Positions 17,350-25,715 of a DNA stretch of 32,000 nt are shown here, piece by piece. The DNA comes from Candidatus Iainarchaeum sp. (GTDB lineage Archaea > Iainarchaeota > Iainarchaeia > Iainarchaeales > CSSED10-239): assembly GCA_037441475.1 (NCBI GenBank), contig JBBISB010000002.1, positions 1 through 32,000 on the forward strand, given 5' to 3'. A program made the translations under genes and the position numbers. Below the pieces are notes generated by a model. That model was not told where the DNA came from. It was given only the letters and a program-made list of their open reading frames with translations, and did not search any database. The stretch's first letter is position 1; each line of letters begins with the position of its first letter.

Positions 17350-18525
17350 TTATCTTCGTTCTAAAACGTACACATACCTGTTGATTTTTGAATCGTTTGC
17401 AGCTGTGTAGTAAATAGGGTTTTCAATAGAAATCCCTGGATTGATCTTTTTAAGATCATAAAAATCAAAACCGTTTTTTAAGAAAACATCTTGAGAAACT
17501 CCAACTATCTGTTCATCATATGTTCTTAGTTCAGGGAGTATACATACAACCCTTGTCTTTGGTTTAAGATTATTATAAAGATTTTTGAATAAATCATAAT
17601 AAAGCTTGTTTAAAGAATCAACAATGCTTCTTGCTCTTACATAGTTTGGAAGTTTACTTATAAAAGGTCCCATGTATGGTTCAAAAACAACACCATCTGC
17701 TGAGAAATTAAGTTTTGAAGAGTCTCCATTTAGAACAGTGAAGTCATTTTTATATTTAAAATAATTAACAGCCCATGCAAGGTTTTTCTTTGACTTTAAA
17801 ACCATTTCTCTATCCTTATCAATACCTAAAACATTATACCCTTTTGATAAACCCTCTATTAAGAAGTTTCCAAAACCAGAGAAAGGATCTAAGATTCTTT
17901 TATCTTTTTTTAAACCTAGAATATTTACCATTATTTTTGTAAGCCTAAAGGAAGTGGAATAAAGTTTTTCTTGTTCTGGTCTTAAGGTATCTTTTATGAT
18001 TAAGTCTTTTGGGTTATAGCAAGCCACAGCATACCCCAAATAATATTTATTATCTTCCTTTGTTGCAAAAATTTCAAAACCTTTGTCAAGGGCATATGAA
18101 AAATAGTTATTAGGGTTAATAATTGTGTTTTCTTTTTTATCTTTAAACTTTTTTGGTTTTTTATAAACAGCTTTTATTTTTTCAATCTTAAATTGTTGTT
18201 TAAAAATCTCTTTTAAAAGATCTAAATCATCATCAGAGAAATTAACAGATGAAACTGCATAGTTAAATTTTTTAGGGTAATTTACATCAAACTTGTTTAA
18301 AAGTTCAGAAGTTATTTTTGGGGATGTAAAAAATATTTTATAGATTCTTGTAGTGCCACCTAAATCACTGATAATCTTATTAAGGTTAACTTGAGATTTA
18401 AAATCAAAAATAGCATAATGAGAGGTTGAAGAAACTAAAGAAAAGGGAATACCATTTAATTTGAAATAAGAAAAAACCTCTAAAGTAGATAGTTTATAGT
18501 CCCTTCCAAATAAAAATAAGTACAT
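17350..18525 (-). CDS. Trm11/TrmG10-like (COG1041-type) N2-guanine RNA methyltransferase
   Basis: 391 aa. N-terminal THUMP-like start MYLFLFGRDYKLSTLEV, motif I ILDPFSGFGNFLIEG, and divergent motif IV VFEPYMGP instead of DPPY. Confidence 0.55.
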   Translation of the reverse strand: MYLFLFGRDYKLSTLEVFSYFKLNGIPFSLVSSTSHYAIFDFKSQVNLNKIISDLGGTTRIYKIFFTSPKITSELLNKFDVNYPKKFNYAVSSVNFSDDDLDLLKEIFKQQFKIEKIKAVYKKPKKFKDKKENTIINPNNYFSYALDKGFEIFATKEDNKYYLGYAVACYNPKDLIIKDTLRPEQEKLYSTSFRLTKIMVNILGLKKDKRILDPFSGFGNFLIEGLSKGYNVLGIDKDREMVLKSKKNLAWAVNYFKYKNDFTVLNGDSSKLNFSADGVVFEPYMGPFISKLPNYVRARSIVDSLNKLYYDLFKNLYNNLKPKTRVVCILPELRTYDEQIVGVSQDVFLKNGFDFYDLKKINPGISIENPIYYTAANDSKINRYVYVLERR

Positions 18526-18576
18526 AGTTTTTCAAATAATATTCCTTTATAAAATAAATTAAAAAGAAGAAGAAAA

Positions 18577-19311
18577 TTACTTCTTCTTTTTATCATCTTT
18601 CTTTGCAGGTGCAGCCTTTGCATCTTTACCAGCAGGTGCTTTTGCATCCTTTCCAGGAGCGACTTTACCTTTTGCAGCCTTAAGTTCTTGAGCTTTTGCT
18701 TCTTCAGCTTTCTTCTCTTCTTCTGCCATTGCTGCAAGTTTTTTTCTTTTCTTTGTAGTTCCAACAGACTTAATTGTTTCTTTATTTTCTTCAATTACAA
18801 CTTTCATTTTACATGGAAGTTTTGAATTAAGTCTTTCGAAAACTTTTTTAACAAATTCAACATTTGCTTCATCTACTAAAACACTAAATAATTTTTGATT
18901 AGCTCTTACTCTTGCAGCTATTCCAACTACCTTACCAAAAGGGCATTGACTCATACCTTGCTGTATTCTGTCGGCTTTTGCACCTTGAGCTTGTTTGTTT
19001 TCTCTTAAAAAGAATTGTGGATAAACTCTTAACTTCATATAGAAGTTTTGAGCTGTTAATTTCTTGTTTAAGTTTCTAACAACTGTTGTTCTTACTGATT
19101 CAAGAGCAGTATCTCTTACTTGTATTTTTTCTGAAGTAACATAATGTACAACATGTGTGTATGCTCTTTCTCCAAAACCCATGTGGTATTGTCTTACCTT
19201 TGAGTTTGGAACACCACCAATGTAGTTTTTCCTATGTACTTTTTTTGCAATCCTTGTATAAGCTCTTTTATTGAACTTTGGATTGTAACAATGTCCTGGT
19301 CTTACACCCAT
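18577..19311 (-). CDS. rpl10e: Ribosomal protein L10e (uL16, archaeal/eukaryotic type) with a Lys/Ala-rich C-terminal extension
   Basis: 244 aa. MGVRPGHCYNPKFNKRAYTRIAKK...GVPNSKVRQYHMG. AGGTGA 7 nt upstream. The tail is KKRKKLAAMAEEEKKAEEAKAQELKAAKGKVAPGKDAKAPAGKDAKAAPAKKDDKKKK. Confidence 0.9.
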   Translation of the reverse strand: MGVRPGHCYNPKFNKRAYTRIAKKVHRKNYIGGVPNSKVRQYHMGFGERAYTHVVHYVTSEKIQVRDTALESVRTTVVRNLNKKLTAQNFYMKLRVYPQFFLRENKQAQGAKADRIQQGMSQCPFGKVVGIAARVRANQKLFSVLVDEANVEFVKKVFERLNSKLPCKMKVVIEENKETIKSVGTTKKRKKLAAMAEEEKKAEEAKAQELKAAKGKVAPGKDAKAPAGKDAKAAPAKKDDKKKK

Positions 19312-19651
19312 AAATATTCACCTATAATTTGAAATTTTTTATAAATTAACTCCTTTATTTTAAAATAATTTTTAGTAACAAAGAAATTGTCTAATATAAT
19401 ATATATATAGAAAAGTATATAAATGAATATTTTTGAAAAAAATAAGAATTAATTTAAGACTATAAAGATACAAATAAATTAAATAAATTGAAAGCAAGAA
19501 CAGGGATCTGTTATATAGGATAACAGTATGCTCTCACCTTCTTCTTTCTGCCTTTTTTTCTATTTGTGAAATTAGGTAATAGATTACCGTATATATTTAC
19601 AATCAAACTATTTTTATATGTTGTGAGGTTGTAAAAATAAAGTGAAAAGGG

Positions 19652-19679
19652 AAAAAAGTTTAAAAAACTAAACTTTTTT
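19652..19679 (-). terminator. Terminator-like hairpin 19 nt downstream of the adhesin stop
   Basis: Perfect 11-bp inverted repeat AAAAAAGTTTA (19652-19662) / TAAACTTTTTT (19669-19679) with a 6-nt loop. Followed on the minus strand by CCCTTTTCACTTTATTTTT. Confidence 0.5.
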
Positions 19680-19697
19680 ATGTTGAAGTAAGATTAA

Positions 19698-21998
19698 TCA
19701 GTCAAGGTGGAGGTTTATAGGCATTTCAATTCTTACTATTACAACCCAGGTTCCACCGTAAGCAGAACCTGGCATATCAGGAAAACCGTTTGCTCCATTA
19801 CCTATATTTGCAGCAGCATTACCATAAGTACTATTTCCATTACCTCCTTTAGCATAAGCTACAGAAGTCCCTGTAATGCTGTTTGAAATACCAGGAGCAC
19901 CAGCACCACCTGCTGCTGAAGAACTACCAGCAGTACCTATTCCATTTGCACCACCATAACTAAAACCAAAACCTTCTTCATTTGTTGCCCCACCTGTAGA
20001 AGTTGTAGCTCCAAAAGAACTACTTGTTCCAGAAATTCTTTTACGAGGCCAAGAACTATCAGTATATCCACCAGAACCAATAGTTACAGTAGTGTTACCT
20101 AAACTAATAGCTTGACTTGAAAAATATCTATATTGCCCACCATTTCCTCCAGCTCCATTGTAAGGAGCACCACCACCGCCGCCCACAACTAATAATTGTC
20201 CTGTTAAAGCAATATTTGAGTTAAAGGTTCCACCTGAAATGAACCTATGAACTCTCCATACAACTCCACCTGAAACACCCTCAGTAATTAAACCACCTGA
20301 TGAAATAACTTTTCTTACATAAATAGTGTAGGTTTTAGATGGAGCACCAGAAACTGTTGCAACCACAGTAATTGTTTTTTCTAAACCGTCAGAAATATTT
20401 ATTGGACCTGATTCTGAACCAGAAGTTACTGGAGAAACATTAACAGTTATTGTTCCTGATCCAGTTGGAATAACAGTTTTACTATTTATTGTACTTGAAA
20501 GATATCTTACCCCACTATAGGTATATGTACTTGGACTAAAAGTATAGTAACTCGAATAATTCAAAAAAATATCAGTAAGATCTGGAGTTACAGGATCACT
20601 TATAACTACATTATAAGAAGAAACAGAAGTTGCACTTCTTGAAGCACCATCAACAACAGTTACTCTAATATATTTTGTACCAATAGTTGAAAATGAAAAT
20701 GTTTCTGAAGAGTTATTACCTCCAAAAATAATCCATGTGCTTTGATTTGTACTGTATTCCCAAGTATATGTAGATACTCCATTAACAGCATTACTTACTG
20801 AAGATACAAAAGTTATATTTGCATTTGTAAAATGACCTGATCCAGATGTTGGAGAAGTAACACTTGCTGATAATGGATTTGCAACTAAAACACCAGTTAT
20901 TGTGTTTGAATAACCAGTATTAATTGGAAAAGGTCTTCCCGAGTCTGTTAACAAAACTCTAAATTGATAAGTTCCACCAGTTGCAAAAACAGCTGTAATT
21001 GATGCTGAGTTTGTTCCAAAGTTTGTCCACCCAGTATTATCTCTATTATGTTGCCATTGATATGTAATAGTTCCAATATTATTTACAGAACCTACAGTAA
21101 AAGTAATTGATTGACTTAAGTTATATACAGAACTGTTTAAAGGAGAAGATGTAGTTCCTGTCAAAAGAAGAACAACTGTGAAAGAAACACTTGAAGTTGA
21201 AACATCTCCTGTTCCTGTATCTGTAACCTTATAAAAAACAGTATAGCTTCCTGTTGTTTCAAAAGTATGTGTTAAAGAAGAACAGTTAGTTCCTCTTGAG
21301 GTATTAACGTCACTTAATCTTGATATCCATTCACAAGTCACAGCAGAAGTGTTATTATCATAACTTCCATTAAAAGCAATTGCTTCATTGTTGTTCCATG
21401 TACTTCTTGATAAAGCAGTTATGCTTGAAGAAAGATTATCTAAAATATTTACAGAAATTGTGTTTGTTGAAGTAGAAGAGTCTCCAGTATCATTAGTGTC
21501 AAGCTTTATTGAATAACTGTTTACACTTGGAAGGGAGAGAGTAGTGTTACAACTACTACTAAAAGAAGTAAAGGTGCCTAAATCTGCTCTTTTATGACTC
21601 AAGTCACATAAAACAATTGACATATTATTATCAACAGTTGAAGTTAAATTGAAAGTTTTATTAACATTTATATATTTTCCATCAACAGGAGCATTTATGC
21701 TTGATGAAAAAGCATCCCATAAATATAAAAATATTGTTTTACTTGATGTTGTTTCATCATCAGTTGCTACAAGTAAGATTTCATAAGTTCCAGCTGTTGT
21801 AAAAGTATAAGAAATATCACAACTTGTGTTTGAAGGATTCATTCTTACTTGAGAACCGCCATTAATTGTTTGATAAAACTCACAAGCAGCTGTTCCTTTT
21901 GCATTACTTGCAGTTGTATTAAAATCTATTAAAGTATTTGTTCTTTTTTTATCAAAGGTTACAAGATCTGTAAAAAATATTTCAGGCAGGCATTTCAA
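19698..21998 (-). CDS. Large surface adhesin-like protein: five PKD/Ig-like repeats, a cadherin-like beta-sandwich and a C-terminal glycine-rich domain
   Basis: 766 aa. Repeats carry (C/Y)xW...TF...GTY...V.D signatures, e.g. TYQWQHN..GGTYQFRVLLTD and TYTWEYS..GTKYIRVTVVD. Cadherin-like LTDIFLNYSSYYTFSPSTYTYSG...KTYTIYVRK. Gly-rich LLVVGGGGGAPYNGAGGNGGQYRY...VTIGSGGY. Many N-x-S/T sequons. TTG start directly after an in-frame TAG, with no SD and no signal peptide. Confidence 0.7.
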   Translation of the reverse strand: MKCLPEIFFTDLVTFDKKRTNTLIDFNTTASNAKGTAACEFYQTINGGSQVRMNPSNTSCDISYTFTTAGTYEILLVATDDETTSSKTIFLYLWDAFSSSINAPVDGKYINVNKTFNLTSTVDNNMSIVLCDLSHKRADLGTFTSFSSSCNTTLSLPSVNSYSIKLDTNDTGDSSTSTNTISVNILDNLSSSITALSRSTWNNNEAIAFNGSYDNNTSAVTCEWISRLSDVNTSRGTNCSSLTHTFETTGSYTVFYKVTDTGTGDVSTSSVSFTVVLLLTGTTSSPLNSSVYNLSQSITFTVGSVNNIGTITYQWQHNRDNTGWTNFGTNSASITAVFATGGTYQFRVLLTDSGRPFPINTGYSNTITGVLVANPLSASVTSPTSGSGHFTNANITFVSSVSNAVNGVSTYTWEYSTNQSTWIIFGGNNSSETFSFSTIGTKYIRVTVVDGASRSATSVSSYNVVISDPVTPDLTDIFLNYSSYYTFSPSTYTYSGVRYLSSTINSKTVIPTGSGTITVNVSPVTSGSESGPINISDGLEKTITVVATVSGAPSKTYTIYVRKVISSGGLITEGVSGGVVWRVHRFISGGTFNSNIALTGQLLVVGGGGGAPYNGAGGNGGQYRYFSSQAISLGNTTVTIGSGGYTDSSWPRKRISGTSSSFGATTSTGGATNEEGFGFSYGGANGIGTAGSSSAAGGAGAPGISNSITGTSVAYAKGGNGNSTYGNAAANIGNGANGFPDMPGSAYGGTWVVIVRIEMPINLHLD

Positions 21999-22518
21999 CT
22001 AAACATCTTTTAAGATCTATTGTTTTTTTAGGACAAGTTGCTGTTGATAAAGTAAAGGACTTAATATTTCCTCCATCAATAATATCCCCAGAATCAATAT
22101 TAATATCGTTTGTTATAAATGTAAAACCAGAATCTGTACTTAAACTTTTAATTTCTCCTTCTTTTATAGAAGTATCAAACCTACCATGTACTTTTAAAAT
22201 ATCATCAGAAGCTTGAGATTTACCTTGTAAAGTTAAACTTAAGCCTTCAAAATCAATTGGGGTTGGGTTTCTTAAAAGAAGAGTGACTTTACTTGTTTCA
22301 TTATCAACATTACATGAAGTTACAACAAGAGAATATTTCATACATTCCATATTGGATGCAGATTGAAGCTCTCCTTGAGAAACATCTAACTTATCTCTTG
22401 CAGTTGTCTTAGACCATGATAAAAAACCAGCAACCATTACAGAGGTAACTAATATTAATAAAACCACAGAGATTATAGCAGAAATTGATTTTCTTTTAAG
22501 CATTTTTGATTCCTTCAT
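21982..22518 (-). CDS. Archaeal type IV pilin-like protein (class III signal peptide), copy 1
   Basis: 178 aa. MKESKMLKRKS|ISAIISVVLLILVTSVMVAGFLSW. 4 conserved Cys. Its 3' end overlaps the adhesin ORF by 17 nt. TGA stop. Confidence 0.75.
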   Translation of the reverse strand: MKESKMLKRKSISAIISVVLLILVTSVMVAGFLSWSKTTARDKLDVSQGELQSASNMECMKYSLVVTSCNVDNETSKVTLLLRNPTPIDFEGLSLTLQGKSQASDDILKVHGRFDTSIKEGEIKSLSTDSGFTFITNDINIDSGDIIDGGNIKSFTLSTATCPKKTIDLKRCLVEMPA

Positions 22519-22567
22519 AGATATTTATGTTTTATTTAGATATATTTATCTAAATTATATATAATAT

Positions 22568-22607
22568 ACAATTAATAAGTATTAACAAAACTATTATAAA
22601 TATATGT
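22568..22607 (-). promoter_or_regulatory. Conserved 40-nt upstream element of pilin copy 1 containing a TATA-like TTTATAAT
   Basis: ACAATTAATAAGTATTAACAAAACTATTATAAATATATGT matches 23224-23263 at 39/40 positions. It lies 50-90 nt upstream of the start codon. Confidence 0.5.
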
Positions 22608-22656
22608 TAAATATTTAAAATATTAAAAAAAGTATAGAATGGTAAAAATATTAAAT

Positions 22657-23184
22657 TTATTCAACAAAACATCTTTTTAAATCTATAGTATTTTTAGGAC
22701 AAGTTGCTGTAGAAAGTGTAAAGGATTTAATATTTTCCCCATCAATAATATTTCCAGAATCAAAATTTATGTCATTTGTTATGAATGTAAAACCAGATTC
22801 TGTATTTAAATTTTTAATTTCACCTGATTTTATAGAATTACTAAAACTACCATGCACTTTTAAAATATCATTTGAAACTTGAGACTTACCTTGCAAAGTT
22901 AAACTTAAACCTTCAAAATCAATTGGAGTTGAATTTATTAAAAGAAGATGAATTTTATTTGTATTATTATCAAAAATACAAGATTCCACCATTAAATAAT
23001 ATTTTGAACACTCAACACTAGATGCGGACTTAAATTCTTGTTGAGAAACTTCTAGTTTTTCTTTTGAACTTGTTTTTGACCAAGATAAAAAACCAGCAAC
23101 CATAACAGAAGTTACTAAGATTAATAAAACCACAGAAATTATAGCTGAGATTGATTTTTTATTAATTAATTTTGGCTTCTTCAT
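22657..23184 (-). CDS. Archaeal type IV pilin-like protein (class III signal peptide), copy 2
   Basis: 175 aa. MKKPKLINKKS|ISAIISVVLLILVTSVMVAGFLSW. About 70% identical by eye to copy 1, with identical N-terminal helix and C-terminal FTLSTATCPK.TIDLKRC. TAA stop. Confidence 0.75.
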   Translation of the reverse strand: MKKPKLINKKSISAIISVVLLILVTSVMVAGFLSWSKTSSKEKLEVSQQEFKSASSVECSKYYLMVESCIFDNNTNKIHLLLINSTPIDFEGLSLTLQGKSQVSNDILKVHGSFSNSIKSGEIKNLNTESGFTFITNDINFDSGNIIDGENIKSFTLSTATCPKNTIDLKRCFVE

Positions 23185-23223
23185 AAATATTCAATGGTTA
23201 AAATTTATTTATATTAAAATGAT

Positions 23224-23263
23224 ACAATTAATTAGTATTAACAAAACTATTATAAATATATGT
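23224..23263 (-). promoter_or_regulatory. Conserved 40-nt upstream element of pilin copy 2
   Basis: ACAATTAATTAGTATTAACAAAACTATTATAAATATATGT, 40-80 nt upstream of the start codon, matching 22568-22607 at 39/40 positions. Confidence 0.5.
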
Positions 23264-23297
23264 AAAAGAATAATAATTTAAAAAAATAATTTAAATG

Positions 23298-23639
23298 TTA
23301 CCAAGAGACCTTATCATCTAACTTTACAAAAGAAACATCTGTTTCTACAGGTAATTCAATGATATATCTTGCCTTCTTTTTAGGAGCGTAGAAAGTAAAA
23401 GGTTTTAAACTTTTTTTAATATCCACAACCTTTTTTTCAGAATCTAAGAAAATAACATTTATTGGGTAAAAGACAAATAACATATGTATGGATGATCCTA
23501 AAATTGATTCATACTCTCTTTGAAAAATAAGACCAAACTTAAACTTTTTGCGAGGATAAAACATTAAGCCTAAACCTTGCTTTAAAGGAGAAAGTATTTT
23601 TTTTTTATTAATTAAGGTTTTATTATTTACTTTTATCAT
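23298..23639 (-). CDS. DUF192 (COG1430) family protein
   Basis: 113 aa. Pattern GLGLMFYPRKK...IHMLFVFYPINVIFLDSEKKVVDI...ARYIIELP is typical of DUF192. Confidence 0.65.
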   Translation of the reverse strand: MIKVNNKTLINKKKILSPLKQGLGLMFYPRKKFKFGLIFQREYESILGSSIHMLFVFYPINVIFLDSEKKVVDIKKSLKPFTFYAPKKKARYIIELPVETDVSFVKLDDKVSW

Positions 23640-23706
23640 AAAGATTATCTTCCTTTTTTTATTATGTTTCTATTACCTTTTTATAAATATTATTTTAAAA
23701 AAAATT

Positions 23707-24852
23707 TTAATTATACTCATAGAAAATTATAAAATCTATTCCATTCTTTGAAATTTCAAAATCTAAAAAGATTGCATCTGAAACAAAAATGGCATACTCT
23801 GCACAAGAAAAGCCACATTCTTTATTTTCAAAAGATAAAAAATATAAAGTATCACTATATGTTTTATCTAAAATATATCTAGAACTAATGGATTTTAAGG
23901 CAATTATGTTGCTTATTTTAATTGTATTTAAATTGTTTGCATTCATGTAAGTTATTGTGTCAATTAAAACCTTCTCTGCATCTGGCTTTGGAACAGTTAT
24001 TTGAAAAATTAAAACAATTATTACAAAGAAAACTAAAATATATTTTATAAAATTAAAACTACTCTCTTCCTTTATAGAAAACATTATAAAAGAAGTAAAG
24101 ATGGATAACAAAATAGCTGTATACAACAAGAAATTATCAAAGAAGATTCTTGTAATTAACTCTCCATCTCCATACCACAAAAAATTATAACCAAAGATAA
24201 TGTTTACAAAAAGAATAACTATTAAAAATATAAAAAATAAAACTATAGAAAGATAATAAAGGTTTAAAAAATATTTTTTCTTTTGAGACTCTTCTTTAAA
24301 AACAGTTAAGTCTTTTGAAATATTAAAAAGAACTCTGTCAAGAGGAACAGAACTATCTTTAAAAGTTTTTAAAAGTATTAAGGTATGGTTTATAATTGGA
24401 CTTTTAATAGTTTCATTAACATTTAATAAGGCATTTTCAAAATCATCTCCCCATGAGACTCTATTAGCTATCCTCTTTATTTCAGTATCAATTGAACCAT
24501 AGGTGTTTGATTTTGTGATATTTGTAAGAGACAAAGATATATTTTTTGTTATCTTATACTCTCTTGATAAATCTTGAAGAAAATAATTAAAAGAAGTTTC
24601 AATTGCCTTTTTTTTAAAATATTTAATAATAAACTCTAAAAAGAAACCAACAAAACTAACCAAAACACCAAAGAAAAACAAAAAATAATAAAGTTTTGTA
24701 TGTATAATATATTTATTTGCTATATAAACAATTAAAAGACCTGAAAGTATACTTGCAAGTATTAATATCTGATACTCATAATTGTATATAAACATCTTAA
24801 ACTTGATGTTAAACTTTTCAAATAAATTTTTATTATTTAAAACCATATTCAC
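23707..24852 (-). CDS. Type IV pilus platform protein, single T2SS-F-like domain with a C-terminal extra domain, locus B
   Basis: 381 aa. TM pair, cytoplasmic helical domain (FLQDLSREYKITKNISLSLTNI...WGDDFENALLNV), more TMs, then a tail of about 95 aa. Confidence 0.5.
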   Translation of the reverse strand: MNMVLNNKNLFEKFNIKFKMFIYNYEYQILILASILSGLLIVYIANKYIIHTKLYYFLFFFGVLVSFVGFFLEFIIKYFKKKAIETSFNYFLQDLSREYKITKNISLSLTNITKSNTYGSIDTEIKRIANRVSWGDDFENALLNVNETIKSPIINHTLILLKTFKDSSVPLDRVLFNISKDLTVFKEESQKKKYFLNLYYLSIVLFFIFLIVILFVNIIFGYNFLWYGDGELITRIFFDNFLLYTAILLSIFTSFIMFSIKEESSFNFIKYILVFFVIIVLIFQITVPKPDAEKVLIDTITYMNANNLNTIKISNIIALKSISSRYILDKTYSDTLYFLSFENKECGFSCAEYAIFVSDAIFLDFEISKNGIDFIIFYEYN

Positions 24853-24865
24853 ACATTCTTAAACA

Positions 24866-25708
24866 TTATTTATATAAGATAATAACTAATATAAACTCAA
24901 TGATTCCAAAAATTATTGCGAAAACCAATAAAGCATCCTTAAGATAAAGATAATCTGAAAAGGTAAAAAATAATATTACTAAAATTATTATAAATAAGAA
25001 AAATAAAAAAATATACATCAAAAATAAAAGATTGATCCTGCTTTTTTTCTGTTCACTAATCTCCCTTCTTGATTGTTCTAAACTTGAGAGGAAATCAGAA
25101 ACAACTTGATTTAAGTTTTCTTTCTTATCAATAACATCTATAAGCTTTCTAAAGAAATTTTTTTCAATCTCAGAATAAGTTTCAGAGATTATTGATTTAA
25201 AGGTATCTCTTAAATTATGGTTGTAATTTGTTAAAGCCATTATCTTTTTAGCTTCTTTACTTAAAAGATCATTATTTTCTAAATTTTCAAAAACCTTTAA
25301 GACATCTTCAATAGTTAAGTTTTCATCTTTTAAAACAGAAAGGTGTCTTATAGTTCTATTAAACTCATCTCCAATCTCTTTTTTAATTGCATCAAGTAAA
25401 TAGTAAGGATATTTATAAAGTAATAAAAAGATCATGAAAGAAAAGGTAAAAGCAATAAAGACAGTTATAAAGAAACTAAAAATATTAAACAAGATATTTA
25501 ACTTAATCATTAAAAAAATTAAAGCAAATTCAATGACTATTAAAAAGAATAGAGCAATAAATAAAATATTGGAGATATAGCTAACAGAGTCTTCATTAAT
25601 ACCAGTATAGTCAAGTACTTTTTCAAAACTTTTTAAGTTATCTTTAAACATTAAGACCAGGTCTTTGAAAAAGAAACTAGATATTTGTGTTAAAAATTTA
25701 CTGAACAT
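24866..25708 (-). CDS. Type IV pilus platform protein, single T2SS-F-like domain, locus B
   Basis: 280 aa. TMs flank a cytoplasmic helical domain (EIGDEFNRTIRHLSVLKDENLTIEDVLKVFENL...). Confidence 0.5.
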   Translation of the reverse strand: MFSKFLTQISSFFFKDLVLMFKDNLKSFEKVLDYTGINEDSVSYISNILFIALFFLIVIEFALIFLMIKLNILFNIFSFFITVFIAFTFSFMIFLLLYKYPYYLLDAIKKEIGDEFNRTIRHLSVLKDENLTIEDVLKVFENLENNDLLSKEAKKIMALTNYNHNLRDTFKSIISETYSEIEKNFFRKLIDVIDKKENLNQVVSDFLSSLEQSRREISEQKKSRINLLFLMYIFLFFLFIIILVILFFTFSDYLYLKDALLVFAIIFGIIEFILVIILYK

Positions 25709-25715
25709 ACATATA

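Noticed and set aside
18480-18794. 104-aa Lys-rich ORF overlapping the rpl10e 3' end
   Set aside because: It is an alternative reading frame of the L10e tail on the same strand. It has no SD and is low-complexity, so it is an artefact of the repetitive Lys/Ala-coding sequence.
19698-20320. Glycine-rich C-terminus of the adhesin as collagen-like or PE-PGRS-like sequence
   Set aside because: There is no Gly-X-Y periodicity. The pattern (VVGGGGG...GGNGG...VTIGSGG...) with interspersed beta-strand-like segments fits a globular glycine-rich domain rather than a collagen triple helix.
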